DNA of 64,000 nt from Promethearchaeia archaeon (GCA_029856145.1 JAHQWK010000001.1:352001-416000); one strand, 5' to 3'; counted from the first letter of the stretch, positions 1 through 10,250 are shown. Notes: generated by a model from the sequence alone, not told the origin. Made by a program: numbers and translations.

Positions 1-613
1 AATCGTCACCCCTAAACAAAGAATTGCGCCGATTGAAACATTTAAGCCACCAATAGCTTCATTAAATTCTAATTCAATGAATTTCGCAGTAGGAGATCAT
101 AAAACTGGGCGGGTTGGACTAGGTGCGAAAACTATATTTGCAAATACGTTTGATACTATTCAAAAATTTGCCAAATCAATGAAAAAAGCGGGAACTAAAC
201 CAGAAATAGAAGTTTACGATTTTGGTGGAATGTATAACATTTTACACTTAGCAAAACAACAACCCAAAGTACTTCTTGATCCTCCACTCCATTTTCAATT
301 TGTGTTTGGTGTATTGGGAGGAGTACCATTTTCTTATGAAAATCTAGCGCATTTTATAAACCTAAAACCTCCAGATGCTAGTTGGAGTGTTTGTGGTGTA
401 TCTAAAAATCAATTTCAAGCAGCAATGTGTGCAGCAGCTATGGATGGTCATATAAGGGTAGGATTAGAAGATAATATTCGCATGCCTGATGGTAGCTTAG
501 CTAAAGGAAGTTGGGAACAAGTAGAATGGGCTGCAAAGGTTACTCATATCGTAAATCGCGAAGTTGCTACTCCTGATGAAGCTAGAAAGATCTTTAATCT
601 ATACCAACGGTAA
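1..613 (+). CDS. 3-keto-5-aminohexanoate cleavage enzyme family (BKACE/DUF849), 5'-truncated by window edge
   Basis: Frame is open from position 2 (IVTPKQRIAPIETFKPPIASLNSNSMNF). Family motifs KPEIEVYD, HFQFVFG, GHIRVGLEDN, REVATPDEAR. Confidence 0.9.
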   Translation, partial: IVTPKQRIAPIETFKPPIASLNSNSMNFAVGDHKTGRVGLGAKTIFANTFDTIQKFAKSMKKAGTKPEIEVYDFGGMYNILHLAKQQPKVLLDPPLHFQFVFGVLGGVPFSYENLAHFINLKPPDASWSVCGVSKNQFQAAMCAAAMDGHIRVGLEDNIRMPDGSLAKGSWEQVEWAAKVTHIVNREVATPDEARKIFNLYQR

Positions 614-689
614 ATGATATCTAATCGTTTTATTATATTTTTATTTTTTCCTATCTTTATTTTAATTATTAATTGAATAATTTTGATTA

Positions 690-1826
690 TTGAATTATAT
701 AATTGTTGGAAAATATGAAAGGTGGATTTATATCAAACCTAATTTTATTCCAGGATTAAAATTATCTGAACTTTTTTATAATGATGTTATAAAAGAAAAA
801 CTTGAAAAGGAATATCCTGAGTTAGAATATGCCGCTGCTTTAATAGGTCAAGGTTCTGAAATTCTTGGTTTTGACGATAAGATGTCTACAGATCATCACT
901 GGGGTCCAAGATTACAACTTTTTTTGAAAGAAGATGATTATGACAAATATAATTTAATAATTAAGAAATATTTCAGCAAAATTTTACCTTTTACCTTTCT
1001 TGGATATTCTACAAACTGGAGCGAACCAAATGAGAAGGATGGAATGAATCAATTTTTGGAACTAAAAACAAATGGTCCAATTAATCATAGAATTGAAATT
1101 TATACTGTTGAACGTTTTTTAAAACTCACTCTTGGCCTTGAATCTCTAGAGCTTAATGAAAGTGATTGGTTTACTATTCCGGAACAGCGGCTATTAGAAT
1201 TTACATCAGGTAAAGTATTTTATGATAATTTTGGAGAATTAACACATGTTAGAAAACATATAAACTATTATCCTGATTCTATTTGGAAATTAAAGATTAT
1301 CGTACAATGGGATCGTATTTCTCAAGAAATGTCATTTGTTGGAAGGATTGGTGGGAAAGGAGATGATCTAGGATCCAGAATAGAAGCATCTCGTTTAGTG
1401 AGATACATTATGGAGATGGCTTTCATTCTTGAAAAGAAATATATTCCATATGAGAAGTGGTTTGCTATAGCTTTCAAACAATTATCTATATCCAAAACTT
1501 TAAACCCTCTATTATTAGGCATACTAAAAGAAAATAATTGGCAACAACGAGAGAAACTCCTTCTTGATGCTTATTTACAACTAATTAAAATGCATATAGA
1601 ATTAAGCCTAATTCCTAATATTAAAATAGAACCCATGCAATTCCATAATCGCCCCCAATTAGTAATTCCTCTTCAAAATGTTATTGAAGAATTAAAGAGG
1701 GGAATTAATTATTCTTTTAGCCAAGTATCATACTCCCTCGGAACCATTAACCAGTTCATTAATATTTGTAATAATTTAAACCCTAAACTTTGCAGAAGAG
1801 CACAACTATTCTATGAAGAGATTTAA
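690..1826 (+). CDS. DUF4037-domain protein (nucleotidyltransferase-like fold)
   Basis: Motifs GQGSEILGFDDKMSTDHHWGPR, IPEQRLLEFTSGKVF, YIPYEKW. True start may be ATC at 732 after an AGGTGG Shine-Dalgarno (SD). Confidence 0.8.
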   Translation: MNYIIVGKYERWIYIKPNFIPGLKLSELFYNDVIKEKLEKEYPELEYAAALIGQGSEILGFDDKMSTDHHWGPRLQLFLKEDDYDKYNLIIKKYFSKILPFTFLGYSTNWSEPNEKDGMNQFLELKTNGPINHRIEIYTVERFLKLTLGLESLELNESDWFTIPEQRLLEFTSGKVFYDNFGELTHVRKHINYYPDSIWKLKIIVQWDRISQEMSFVGRIGGKGDDLGSRIEASRLVRYIMEMAFILEKKYIPYEKWFAIAFKQLSISKTLNPLLLGILKENNWQQREKLLLDAYLQLIKMHIELSLIPNIKIEPMQFHNRPQLVIPLQNVIEELKRGINYSFSQVSYSLGTINQFINICNNLNPKLCRRAQLFYEEI

Positions 1827-1854
1827 AAAAAATAAAATAAAAATTAGTTAAAAT

Positions 1855-2334
1855 TTATACTTCTTCCCAATAAAGGATGTCTTTAATTGTTCCTTCTCGT
1901 TTATCATGTGGACGTAAGATTGCTTTAAGTTTTTTACCTGTAAAATCATTATCGAGATTATTAGTATTGATAATCCCTAACATCGAATCATCTGTTCCTT
2001 CGATATTTATGAAAGCAACAACTTTGGGTTTTGCTAAGTTTTTACCATGGGCATTTAATTTAGCTACGGTGAATACTTTTACTGTACCTACAGTTGGTAC
2101 TTCTTTCCAATTACTATCAGGTATCTCTACAAAACAGTCTTCGCAATACATACGAGGAGGACAATAAATTTTACTACATTTTGCACATTTACATGCTAAA
2201 AAGGTATCATTTATCTTAAGATGCTTGAAAAATTTATCACCTGCTATTCCACTTGGATAAAAATAATCTGCTTGCATATCTCCGCGCCAATGCATGGGAG
2301 TGGTTGGATCTGTTTGTTTCTCTAAGAAGCCCAT
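1855..2334 (-). CDS. DUF35 Zn-ribbon/OB-fold protein (thiolase/aldolase partner)
   Basis: CAKC-x5-PPRMYCEDC zinc ribbon followed by an OB fold. Last gene of a 4-gene operon; overlaps the preceding stop. Confidence 0.9.
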   Translation of the reverse strand: MGFLEKQTDPTTPMHWRGDMQADYFYPSGIAGDKFFKHLKINDTFLACKCAKCSKIYCPPRMYCEDCFVEIPDSNWKEVPTVGTVKVFTVAKLNAHGKNLAKPKVVAFINIEGTDDSMLGIINTNNLDNDFTGKKLKAILRPHDKREGTIKDILYWEEV

Positions 2335-2873
2335 TAATCTCCACCTCCAGTTAATGGTTTAAAATATTTAATATCTGTAATTGAGCCTTCTCTTTCATTC
2401 TCTGGTTTCCACACGGCTTTAACTTTCATTCCAATCTTAATTTCATCCTTAGTCATCTCTGAGAAATAATGCATGAATCCATGATGTGGAGGCGTACCAT
2501 CGAGATCAACTACACCAACTAGAATTGGCTCTTCGATTCTCCTAGCATCAGGATCGAGATATGAAATTGAAAATGTTTCAATAACTCCTGTATCTGGTAA
2601 CTCAATCCATTCTTCAGTGGGACCATAACAATATTCGCAAAACATTCTTGGAGGTACAATGACTCGCTTACATCGTTTACAATGTATCCCATAAATTTTG
2701 CCTTCTTTTAAGCCTTCTAAGAATTTGCTCATCGCAGGACCTAAAGACCAACTGTATTGAACCTCTGGTTCCCACCAAGTATATGTAATCTTTTTATCTC
2801 TTATATCACTTTCACGAACATGAGTACCTGGAGCATATGGTGGCCATTCTTTATAATCTTTCTTTTTTACCAT
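2334..2873 (-). CDS. DUF35 Zn-ribbon/OB-fold protein
   Basis: CKRC-x5-PPRMFCEYC and KIGMKVKAVWKP. ATG at 2873 follows an AGGTGA SD. Confidence 0.9.
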   Translation of the reverse strand: MVKKKDYKEWPPYAPGTHVRESDIRDKKITYTWWEPEVQYSWSLGPAMSKFLEGLKEGKIYGIHCKRCKRVIVPPRMFCEYCYGPTEEWIELPDTGVIETFSISYLDPDARRIEEPILVGVVDLDGTPPHHGFMHYFSEMTKDEIKIGMKVKAVWKPENEREGSITDIKYFKPLTGGGD

Positions 2874-2894
2874 TTTTTTTATCACCTTTTTAAT

Positions 2895-4058
2895 TTAACC
2901 CCTCCGAAGGAGTATAACTGTGCCCATTTGCATGATATCACCCCAAGCTTGTGCGACACCGATTCTTGGGTCTCCTGGAATTTGTCTTTTACCAGCTACA
3001 CCTTTTAGTTGCCAATATAATTCACATACTTTTTGACCCATTGTGGCAGCGATCGGGTTCCCTACACCCAGCAGACCACCAGAAGGACAGACTGGAAAAT
3101 CACCATCTCGTTGTGTAACTCCTTCTCGTGTAAGAATAGGGGCTTCACCTTTTTTGCACAGTAAAAGTCCTTCAAGATGATGCAATTCCTTATATGAGAA
3201 TGGGTCATAAGGTTCAGCAAAGTCTATTTCTTTTCGTGGGTTTTCAATTTTAGCCATTTTATAAGCCATCTTAGCTGCTTGTGCTACATAACGAGGAAAA
3301 GCTAGGTCTCTATTAGTCCACATTGTACTATCTATGTTCCATCCTGTACCTGCTACATAAATTGGATCATCTGTAAATTTATGTACAATATCTTTATTAC
3401 AGAATATCAATGCTGCTGCTCCATCACTAGGTGGACTGATATCTAATCTGTTCACTGGCCAAGCCATTATCTCAGAGTTTAAAACATCTTCAACAGTGAT
3501 GCTAGGATCTGCTAATTGGGCAGAGGGATGACCAACAGCATTTCTTTTATTTTTTACTGAAACTAAAGCAATATCTTCCTTCTTAATGTTATAAGTGGTC
3601 ATGTAGCGGTTCATTTCCATTGCAAATAACCATACTAGATTAGGTGTAAGGGGTCTATCCAAGATTGGATCCCATATATGTCTAAAAGCTGTTTGTGGAT
3701 GAGGGTAACAATTACCCATCTTTTCTTCACATACAACTAAACATATATCGGCGACTCCAGAGGCAACATGCCACCATCCAGCAATAGGAGCAAAGACTCC
3801 TGTACCGCCTCCATTAAAGACTCTTACATATGGTTTGCCTACTGCCGCTGCCCCATCTATAAGATTTTCACCTTTCATATGAATTCCATCAAATGCATCT
3901 GGAGCACTACCCATTACTACCATGTCAATATCATCCTTTTCTAAGCCAGCATCTTCCATTGCCATTTTCGTAGCTAAAAAGGAAAGTTCTTTTCCAGTTT
4001 CTAATAAATGTCTACGAAATAGGGTCATACCGGCTCCTAAAACTGCTACTTCTTTCAT
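2895..4058 (-). CDS. Thiolase-fold protein, Ltp3-like (non-Cys, probable aldolase subunit)
   Basis: GSAPDAFDG, GKPYVRVFNGGGTG (no nucleophilic Cys), SDGAAA, AEPYDPFSY, PSGGLLGVGNP. Confidence 0.85.
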   Translation of the reverse strand: MKEVAVLGAGMTLFRRHLLETGKELSFLATKMAMEDAGLEKDDIDMVVMGSAPDAFDGIHMKGENLIDGAAAVGKPYVRVFNGGGTGVFAPIAGWWHVASGVADICLVVCEEKMGNCYPHPQTAFRHIWDPILDRPLTPNLVWLFAMEMNRYMTTYNIKKEDIALVSVKNKRNAVGHPSAQLADPSITVEDVLNSEIMAWPVNRLDISPPSDGAAALIFCNKDIVHKFTDDPIYVAGTGWNIDSTMWTNRDLAFPRYVAQAAKMAYKMAKIENPRKEIDFAEPYDPFSYKELHHLEGLLLCKKGEAPILTREGVTQRDGDFPVCPSGGLLGVGNPIAATMGQKVCELYWQLKGVAGKRQIPGDPRIGVAQAWGDIMQMGTVILLRRG

Positions 4059-4073
4059 TTTTTTGACACCTCC

Positions 4074-5321
4074 TTATCCCCTCCTAAAAATTGCTACTGC
4101 TCCACTTCCTGAAGGAATTCCACGCCAAGCTTGAGCAAGTCCGACTTCTGCATCAGCAACTTGTCTTTTAGCAGCATGGCCACGAAGTTGAGTAACAATT
4201 TCTAGAGCTTTTTGCAATCCAGTAGCTTCAAAACAATTTCCTACACCTAGACATCCTCCAGATGTGTTTGTAGGAAGTGAACCATTAATTTCTAAGGCTC
4301 CTTCTTCAATTAATTGTTTTGCTTCACCAGGTCTAGCAAGACCTAAAGCCTCAAGATGTTGAAGTTCTTTAAATGAAAATCTATCATCAACTTCAACTAC
4401 ATCAATTTCTTCTCGAGGTTCTGTTATTTTAGCCATTTTATATGCCATCTTTGCTGCTTTAGTAGCATAGCCAGCATCCATACCTCTTGTACCCAGCCAA
4501 GGTGTTTCTGAACAGTATCCAAAACCAGCTAAATATATTGGTTCAATACCTAAATTTTCAGCAGTTTTATCATCAGCAAGTACAAAACACACAGCACCAT
4601 CAACATTAGGGCTGATATCCAATCGTTTAACAGGTTTAAAAAGATATTCAGATTTCATTACATCTTCAATTGAAATTTGGGCTTCATAATCTGAATAAGG
4701 ATTGAAGAATGCATTTTTCTTATTTTTCACAACAACAGCAGCGCATTGTTCCTCTGTAGTTCCTGTTGTTTTTAAATAATGTTGCATTTCTAAACCAGCC
4801 ATAAAATACGGATGAATTCTTTCCTTTTCATCAGAACGCCCTATTAATGGTTTAGGAGCTTCTGGAGTATATCCTGGGCTACCTCCATAATTAGGTCTTT
4901 CAACAGGTCCAGAAACCGGTCTTTCAAATCGAGGATCAAATGCGTGAAGCATAATATCACCAAAAGTTAGCAAATCAGAAATCTTACTATGAGCTTCTAC
5001 TGCTACAACATCTAAACGGCCCGTTTTAATTTGCATATAAGCGTTTGCCAATCCGAAGAGTCCATCCCCACATACAGTACAACAAGGACGTAAAAGTGCT
5101 CCAACTTGGTCTGGTACAAATTCATCGAAAATACTGAAACCTTCCCAATAGTCTTCTGCACATGTTATGAAGCTGTTTACATCTTTTCTAACATCAATAC
5201 CAGCATCTACATAAGCTTTTTTACAAGCTTCATACATTATTTCTTTCCAATGTATATCCGGAGTTATCGAATTAAAGTTGGTAAAACCAACACCGATAAC
5301 GCATACTTGTCTATCTGACAT
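4074..5321 (-). CDS. Thiolase-fold protein, Ltp4-like
   Basis: CAEDYWEG, DGLFGLANAYMQIKTG, DGAVCFVL, TSGGCLGVG, AQAWRG. First gene of the operon. Confidence 0.85.
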   Translation of the reverse strand: MSDRQVCVIGVGFTNFNSITPDIHWKEIMYEACKKAYVDAGIDVRKDVNSFITCAEDYWEGFSIFDEFVPDQVGALLRPCCTVCGDGLFGLANAYMQIKTGRLDVVAVEAHSKISDLLTFGDIMLHAFDPRFERPVSGPVERPNYGGSPGYTPEAPKPLIGRSDEKERIHPYFMAGLEMQHYLKTTGTTEEQCAAVVVKNKKNAFFNPYSDYEAQISIEDVMKSEYLFKPVKRLDISPNVDGAVCFVLADDKTAENLGIEPIYLAGFGYCSETPWLGTRGMDAGYATKAAKMAYKMAKITEPREEIDVVEVDDRFSFKELQHLEALGLARPGEAKQLIEEGALEINGSLPTNTSGGCLGVGNCFEATGLQKALEIVTQLRGHAAKRQVADAEVGLAQAWRGIPSGSGAVAIFRRG

Positions 5322-5533
5322 TTTTTACCATCATTTTAGGTTTCTTTTTTTTTAATTTGAATTTTTAATATAATTTATTAATAGATCTTGGTTTTAATAT
5401 AGATTTGATATTTTATTGTTATGTTTTATTTTGATTAAAAATTTTCTAATTGAATGAATTAATATGGATGGGAAAAAAATCCTATTTGAGAGAGAAGAAA
5501 ATTTAAAATCATAAGAAAATTGTCTTATTTATT

Positions 5534-6823
5534 ATGGATACAAGACTCCCGGAATTTCCAAAATTAGAAATCAGTCGAATTATTCCTGAATTGGATTTAT
5601 TAAATAACCCAATACTAAATGTAAAAGAAAAGGAATTTTTAGCTGAGTTTTTTGAATATATGGAAGAAAATCTTGAAAAACATTTGAAAAACTTAGAAGA
5701 ATTAAATTATTCGGCTGAGGAACCAATTCAAGAAAAGAAACGTGAAATAGTAGCTAATTTTATGAAAAAACTAGCAGAAAAGGGATACTATAGTACTGTA
5801 ATAGATTTCGAAGACCATGATGTTGGAAATGTTACAAGAAATGCTCTTATAGCATTAGCCTTATGTGGAGGTTTTTGGTCTCCAAACAGTGATAGATATA
5901 TAAATGGGAATTGGAGTATTGAAATGGGTAGATTATCAGGAGGAACACTTTATTGCAATCCAGTGAATTATAAAGCTAATAATTTTCAACGAGAGAAATA
6001 TCTTATCCCTGTCGTAAAATATGGTTTAATGGCTGCCTCTGCTATGACTGAATTCATTGCTGGTAGTGATATTGCTAGAATCGAGTTAAAACTTGATGAT
6101 AAAGGAGATAAAGTAATCGCAAATGGAAAAAAACTTTTTATAACAAATGGCATGTTAGCAGACTATATTATTCTTTATGGGCGATTAAATAGTGGAAGAT
6201 TGGGTGGTATTATAGTAGATACAGACCATCAACAATTGAAAAATTTTGAATCTTCGAGAGTCAGAACTTATGGAATGAATGATGCTTTTGTCAGTCGTTT
6301 AGTATTTAAAGATACTGAACTTCCTAAAGAAAATCTTCTAGAAGGTGATGGTTTAGACATTATGTTTCATCAACTGACTGAAGAGAGATTAGTCATCAGT
6401 GCAGAAGCTATAGGTGATTGCATTAAAAAACTATTCTTTTCCCATAGTTTCGCCCTTCAACGTGAGCAATTTAAGCACAAATTGCATCAATACCAGATTA
6501 TTAGATTTCCAATTGCTGAAAATATGCGTCAAACAAATTTATTCATTTCAGCATTAATAAATTACGCACGGGAGATTGATAGTCGAACACAAATAGCTAG
6601 TTCTAAAATAATGGCTTCTCAGATAATGGGACTAAAAATTCAAACGTGTGAATTGGCATTTCAGAGTTCCATTGATTTATTTAGAACAATGGGAGGACGT
6701 GCTTTCACAGAGCAATATTGCAATGAAATGGGACTTCTTGACGCATTCTGTATGGTTCATGGTGGTGGAAGTCATTATGTGCTAGGAGATGCTGAATCAA
6801 GAAGGTTCTTTAAAACTAAATAA
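5534..6823 (+). CDS. Acyl-CoA dehydrogenase (divergent, IVD/LCAD-type catalytic position)
   Basis: AMTEFIAGSD, NGKKLFITNG, LTEERLVIS, REQFKHKL, MGGRAF. Confidence 0.9.
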   Translation: MDTRLPEFPKLEISRIIPELDLLNNPILNVKEKEFLAEFFEYMEENLEKHLKNLEELNYSAEEPIQEKKREIVANFMKKLAEKGYYSTVIDFEDHDVGNVTRNALIALALCGGFWSPNSDRYINGNWSIEMGRLSGGTLYCNPVNYKANNFQREKYLIPVVKYGLMAASAMTEFIAGSDIARIELKLDDKGDKVIANGKKLFITNGMLADYIILYGRLNSGRLGGIIVDTDHQQLKNFESSRVRTYGMNDAFVSRLVFKDTELPKENLLEGDGLDIMFHQLTEERLVISAEAIGDCIKKLFFSHSFALQREQFKHKLHQYQIIRFPIAENMRQTNLFISALINYAREIDSRTQIASSKIMASQIMGLKIQTCELAFQSSIDLFRTMGGRAFTEQYCNEMGLLDAFCMVHGGGSHYVLGDAESRRFFKTK

Positions 6824-6942
6824 TTAAGAAGCAAAATCCAGAGAATAATTAAAGATATCTAATAAATTGAATATATTCTAATTTTACTATAAATCTTAAG
6901 AGAATGCATTATTAAATAAAATATCTTAATTAGTTATAGATA

Positions 6943-7908
6943 ATGGATTACTACAAATTCGAAAGCTTCGATATTACACCGTTAGTAGAAGAACATCAAG
7001 GAAAAAGACTAGAAGATTTGTATCAAAATCATCGTATTATTAAAAATGACATGGGTGAATTCATTGAATTTTTCTGGGAACAAGGAGATATTCCAAATGA
7101 TATAAATTTATTTAAAACACAGAAAAAATTGTTGTATAACCTTAAAACGGTAAATTATATTGGAGAATTCATTGAGGAAAAATTAAAAAAGAGAGGAGTA
7201 AAAACTCTAACAGATTTAAAATTTAATTTAAATTTTAGTGGTTCAGCTAATCAAATTTTAAACTTAATAAAAAATAAGGATTATAAAACTCTAACAAAAA
7301 ATAGATATATTAACGATTTAGATGTGAGTTTTTGCTTTAATATCGAAGATTTCTTATTTTTAGACATCGAAACCTTAGGTATAATTGATAGCCCTGTCAT
7401 TATAGTGGGAATTGGCTTTTTTAAGAATGAAAAATTTAAAATCCACATATTTTTCACAAGAAAACTTGAAGAAGAAATAGCAATTTATGAGCATCTTAGA
7501 ACTGAAATATTCCCGAATTTTAAATGTTTCATTACTTATAATGGGAAAACTTTTGATATACCATATTTGGCAAATCGATTTTTATATTTTTTTGATAAAA
7601 ATCCGATGCTTTCAGAGGATGATCCACCATATGAAAAATGTAATACAAAGTTTCATCATATTGATTTATATCATCATTGTCGCCGCTTATTTAAAGGAAT
7701 ATTCAATACATATTCCTTAACAAATATGGAAGAAAAATTGTTGAATTGGACAAGAGAAAATACACTGCCAAGTAATCTCGTTGGTCTTTGTTATCGAAAA
7801 TATAATGAAAATGCTGAAAGATATATTGGATTAATAAAGGAAATCATTGAGCATAATTTTTATGATATTTATTCAATGCCATTAATTCTAAAAACACTTT
7901 TAATTTAA
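6943..7908 (+). CDS. RNase H-like DEDD exonuclease (YprB/RNase_H_2 family) with HhH-like segment
   Basis: LDIETLG, TYNGKTFDIP, HIDLY, HNFYD. Confidence 0.85.
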   Translation: MDYYKFESFDITPLVEEHQGKRLEDLYQNHRIIKNDMGEFIEFFWEQGDIPNDINLFKTQKKLLYNLKTVNYIGEFIEEKLKKRGVKTLTDLKFNLNFSGSANQILNLIKNKDYKTLTKNRYINDLDVSFCFNIEDFLFLDIETLGIIDSPVIIVGIGFFKNEKFKIHIFFTRKLEEEIAIYEHLRTEIFPNFKCFITYNGKTFDIPYLANRFLYFFDKNPMLSEDDPPYEKCNTKFHHIDLYHHCRRLFKGIFNTYSLTNMEEKLLNWTRENTLPSNLVGLCYRKYNENAERYIGLIKEIIEHNFYDIYSMPLILKTLLI

Positions 7909-7936
7909 AAAGAAAAGAAGTATTTTTTTTTTCAAA

Positions 7937-8317
7937 TTAGGTATTTAAAAACCGTTCAATCGTTCTATAGAGATCCTCATCTTTGAATGGTTTCTTTATG
8001 TATTCTTTTGCTCCTTTCCCTAAAGCATCAGTTATTGTGAGCTCTTGTCCCATTGCACTTACTACAACAATTTTAGCTTTATTATCAATCTTTATGATTT
8101 CTTCAATGGCTTTTATTCCATCTGACTTTGGCATTATAAGATCCATAGTCACTAAATCTGGTTTTAATTCCTTGTATAGTGTTATAGCTTCATCTCCATT
8201 TAAAGCTTCACCTATGACGTCGGCATTTTCAATCTTTTCAACTACTTTTTTAATCCTATTTCTGATAAATTCGGCATCATCGACAATTAATACTTTTTTC
8301 TTCCCAGATTTTGGCAT
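7937..8317 (-). CDS. Single-domain CheY-like response regulator
   Basis: VLIVDD, phosphoacceptor TMDLIMP, VVSA, KPF. Confidence 0.92.
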   Translation of the reverse strand: MPKSGKKKVLIVDDAEFIRNRIKKVVEKIENADVIGEALNGDEAITLYKELKPDLVTMDLIMPKSDGIKAIEEIIKIDNKAKIVVVSAMGQELTITDALGKGAKEYIKKPFKDEDLYRTIERFLNT

Positions 8318-8511
8318 CTTTAAACTTCCATTTTTGATTCAAAAATTAATAGTACTTATATATGAACTTAATTTTTTATTTTAAATCTTTACATTTCGAA
8401 AAGATCTGTATTATCCACACGAAAAACTGAATTTTTAAAATTCTCTTATTATGTATTTCAGTATTTTAGAAATATTAGGCAAAATTAATTTAATCTTAAA
8501 AATTCTTTAAA

Positions 8512-10206
8512 ATGATAAATATGGAAGTTTTGGATAAAAAATTATTTGATCAATCATGGAATTTTAAGAACAGAGATAAAATTATTCACAAATTCAAAGA
8601 AACTAATTATGATATTTTAGTTATTGGAGCGGGTATTACAGGAGCTGGAGTTGCAAGAGAAGCTTCTATGAGAGGTTTGAAGGTTGCATGCGTTGATATG
8701 CAGGATTTTGGGGCAGGGACATCCTCAAGGAGTTCAAAACTAGCTCACGGAGGTATACGATACTTAGCTCACGGTGATATGGATTTAGTTAGAGAATCTT
8801 CAACGGAAAGAAATTGGATGCGAGCACATATTCCCCATTTAATAAGACCAATTCCATTTCTATTTGTTGCTTTAGAAAGTGGAAAATATAAAAAACGAGA
8901 TATAGTAGGTGCTTGTAAAATTTATGACTTTTTAAGTGACGACAAATCCGAATTTAAAAATTATAAAAAATATAAGTGGTATTCTCCAGAAGAAATCTTT
9001 GAAATGGAACCTGAATTTATTAGAGAAGGAAATAAAGGTGGAGCAGTATATTACGATAATAATGTAGATGACGCAAGATTAACTATTGAAGTTCTTAAAG
9101 AAGCAGTAATTAGGGGAGCAGATGCATTAAATTATTGTAAAGTTATAGGTTTTATTAAGGATAATGGAAAAATTATTGGTATAAAGTGTAATGATTTAGA
9201 AAAGGATAGTAACTTTGAAATTAGAGCGACATTAATCATAAATGCAACTGGTGTATGGACTGATCAATTATTAGAAAACTATCCCGATGATATTCCAAAA
9301 CCTCTTATCCGTCCAACCAAGGGAGTACACCTACAGTTCAAACGTAAAGACGTAAAAAATAAAATGGCTACAATTATTCGCTCCATTACAGATGATCGCG
9401 CTTTTTTCGTATTACCACGAAATGAAAAATTTACAATTATAGGGACTACAGATACGGATTATAAGGAAGATTTAGCTAATCCGTTTTGCGATAAAGAAGA
9501 TGCTGATTATTTAATTGAATCAGTTAAACACTATTTCCCTAAAGTAGAATTAGATTATGATAAAATTATTTCTGCTTATGCGGGATTAAGACCTTTAATT
9601 ATGCAAAAAGGCAAATCTGAAAGTGAAATTTCTCGAAAACACATAATCTTTTTCTCAGGTGATGGTTTGTTAACAATCACTGGTGGAAAATTAACAGCCT
9701 GGAGGAGTATGGCCGATGATTTATTTAAAAAAGTTGAAGAAAGAGAATTGTTTCCAGATATTGGGAGAAAGAAAGAATTTTCAAAACAGAAATTTATTAT
9801 AAGTTTAGAAAAAGAAGAATGGTTAGATATATTTGATAAATCAAAGATAGGATTAGAAAGTGATATTGCTGAGCTTATATATCAACAATATGGTAAAGGT
9901 GCTATTAAAATCCTTGAAATGATAAAAGATGATGACTCATTGAAAGAAAAAATCATTAAAGACAATGATTTCATAAGAGCCGAAATTCTCTACTGTTTAA
10001 GATACGAACCGACTCCTCATTTAATTGATGTTTTTTGTAGACGAACTGAAATGTCTCTATGGATAGATCACAAAATAACTTTAAAGGCAGCTAGAAAGGT
10101 TGCCGAAATCATGGCAGATGAATACTCTTGGAACGAAAATAAAAAAAATCAAGAAATTGAGTTATATATGGATTACATTAAAAAAACAGTCTCATTTATT
10201 ACCTAA
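8512..10206 (+). CDS. glpD: FAD-dependent glycerol-3-phosphate dehydrogenase/oxidase (GlpD/GlpA)
   Basis: IGAGITGAG, GTSSRSSKLAHGGIRYL, DDARL, GTTDT, GLRPL, GGKLT. Confidence 0.93.
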   Translation: MINMEVLDKKLFDQSWNFKNRDKIIHKFKETNYDILVIGAGITGAGVAREASMRGLKVACVDMQDFGAGTSSRSSKLAHGGIRYLAHGDMDLVRESSTERNWMRAHIPHLIRPIPFLFVALESGKYKKRDIVGACKIYDFLSDDKSEFKNYKKYKWYSPEEIFEMEPEFIREGNKGGAVYYDNNVDDARLTIEVLKEAVIRGADALNYCKVIGFIKDNGKIIGIKCNDLEKDSNFEIRATLIINATGVWTDQLLENYPDDIPKPLIRPTKGVHLQFKRKDVKNKMATIIRSITDDRAFFVLPRNEKFTIIGTTDTDYKEDLANPFCDKEDADYLIESVKHYFPKVELDYDKIISAYAGLRPLIMQKGKSESEISRKHIIFFSGDGLLTITGGKLTAWRSMADDLFKKVEERELFPDIGRKKEFSKQKFIISLEKEEWLDIFDKSKIGLESDIAELIYQQYGKGAIKILEMIKDDDSLKEKIIKDNDFIRAEILYCLRYEPTPHLIDVFCRRTEMSLWIDHKITLKAARKVAEIMADEYSWNENKKNQEIELYMDYIKKTVSFIT

Positions 10207-10250
10207 TCCTTTCAAACTTTATTTTTTAATTATTGGACTCCATTAGAATT

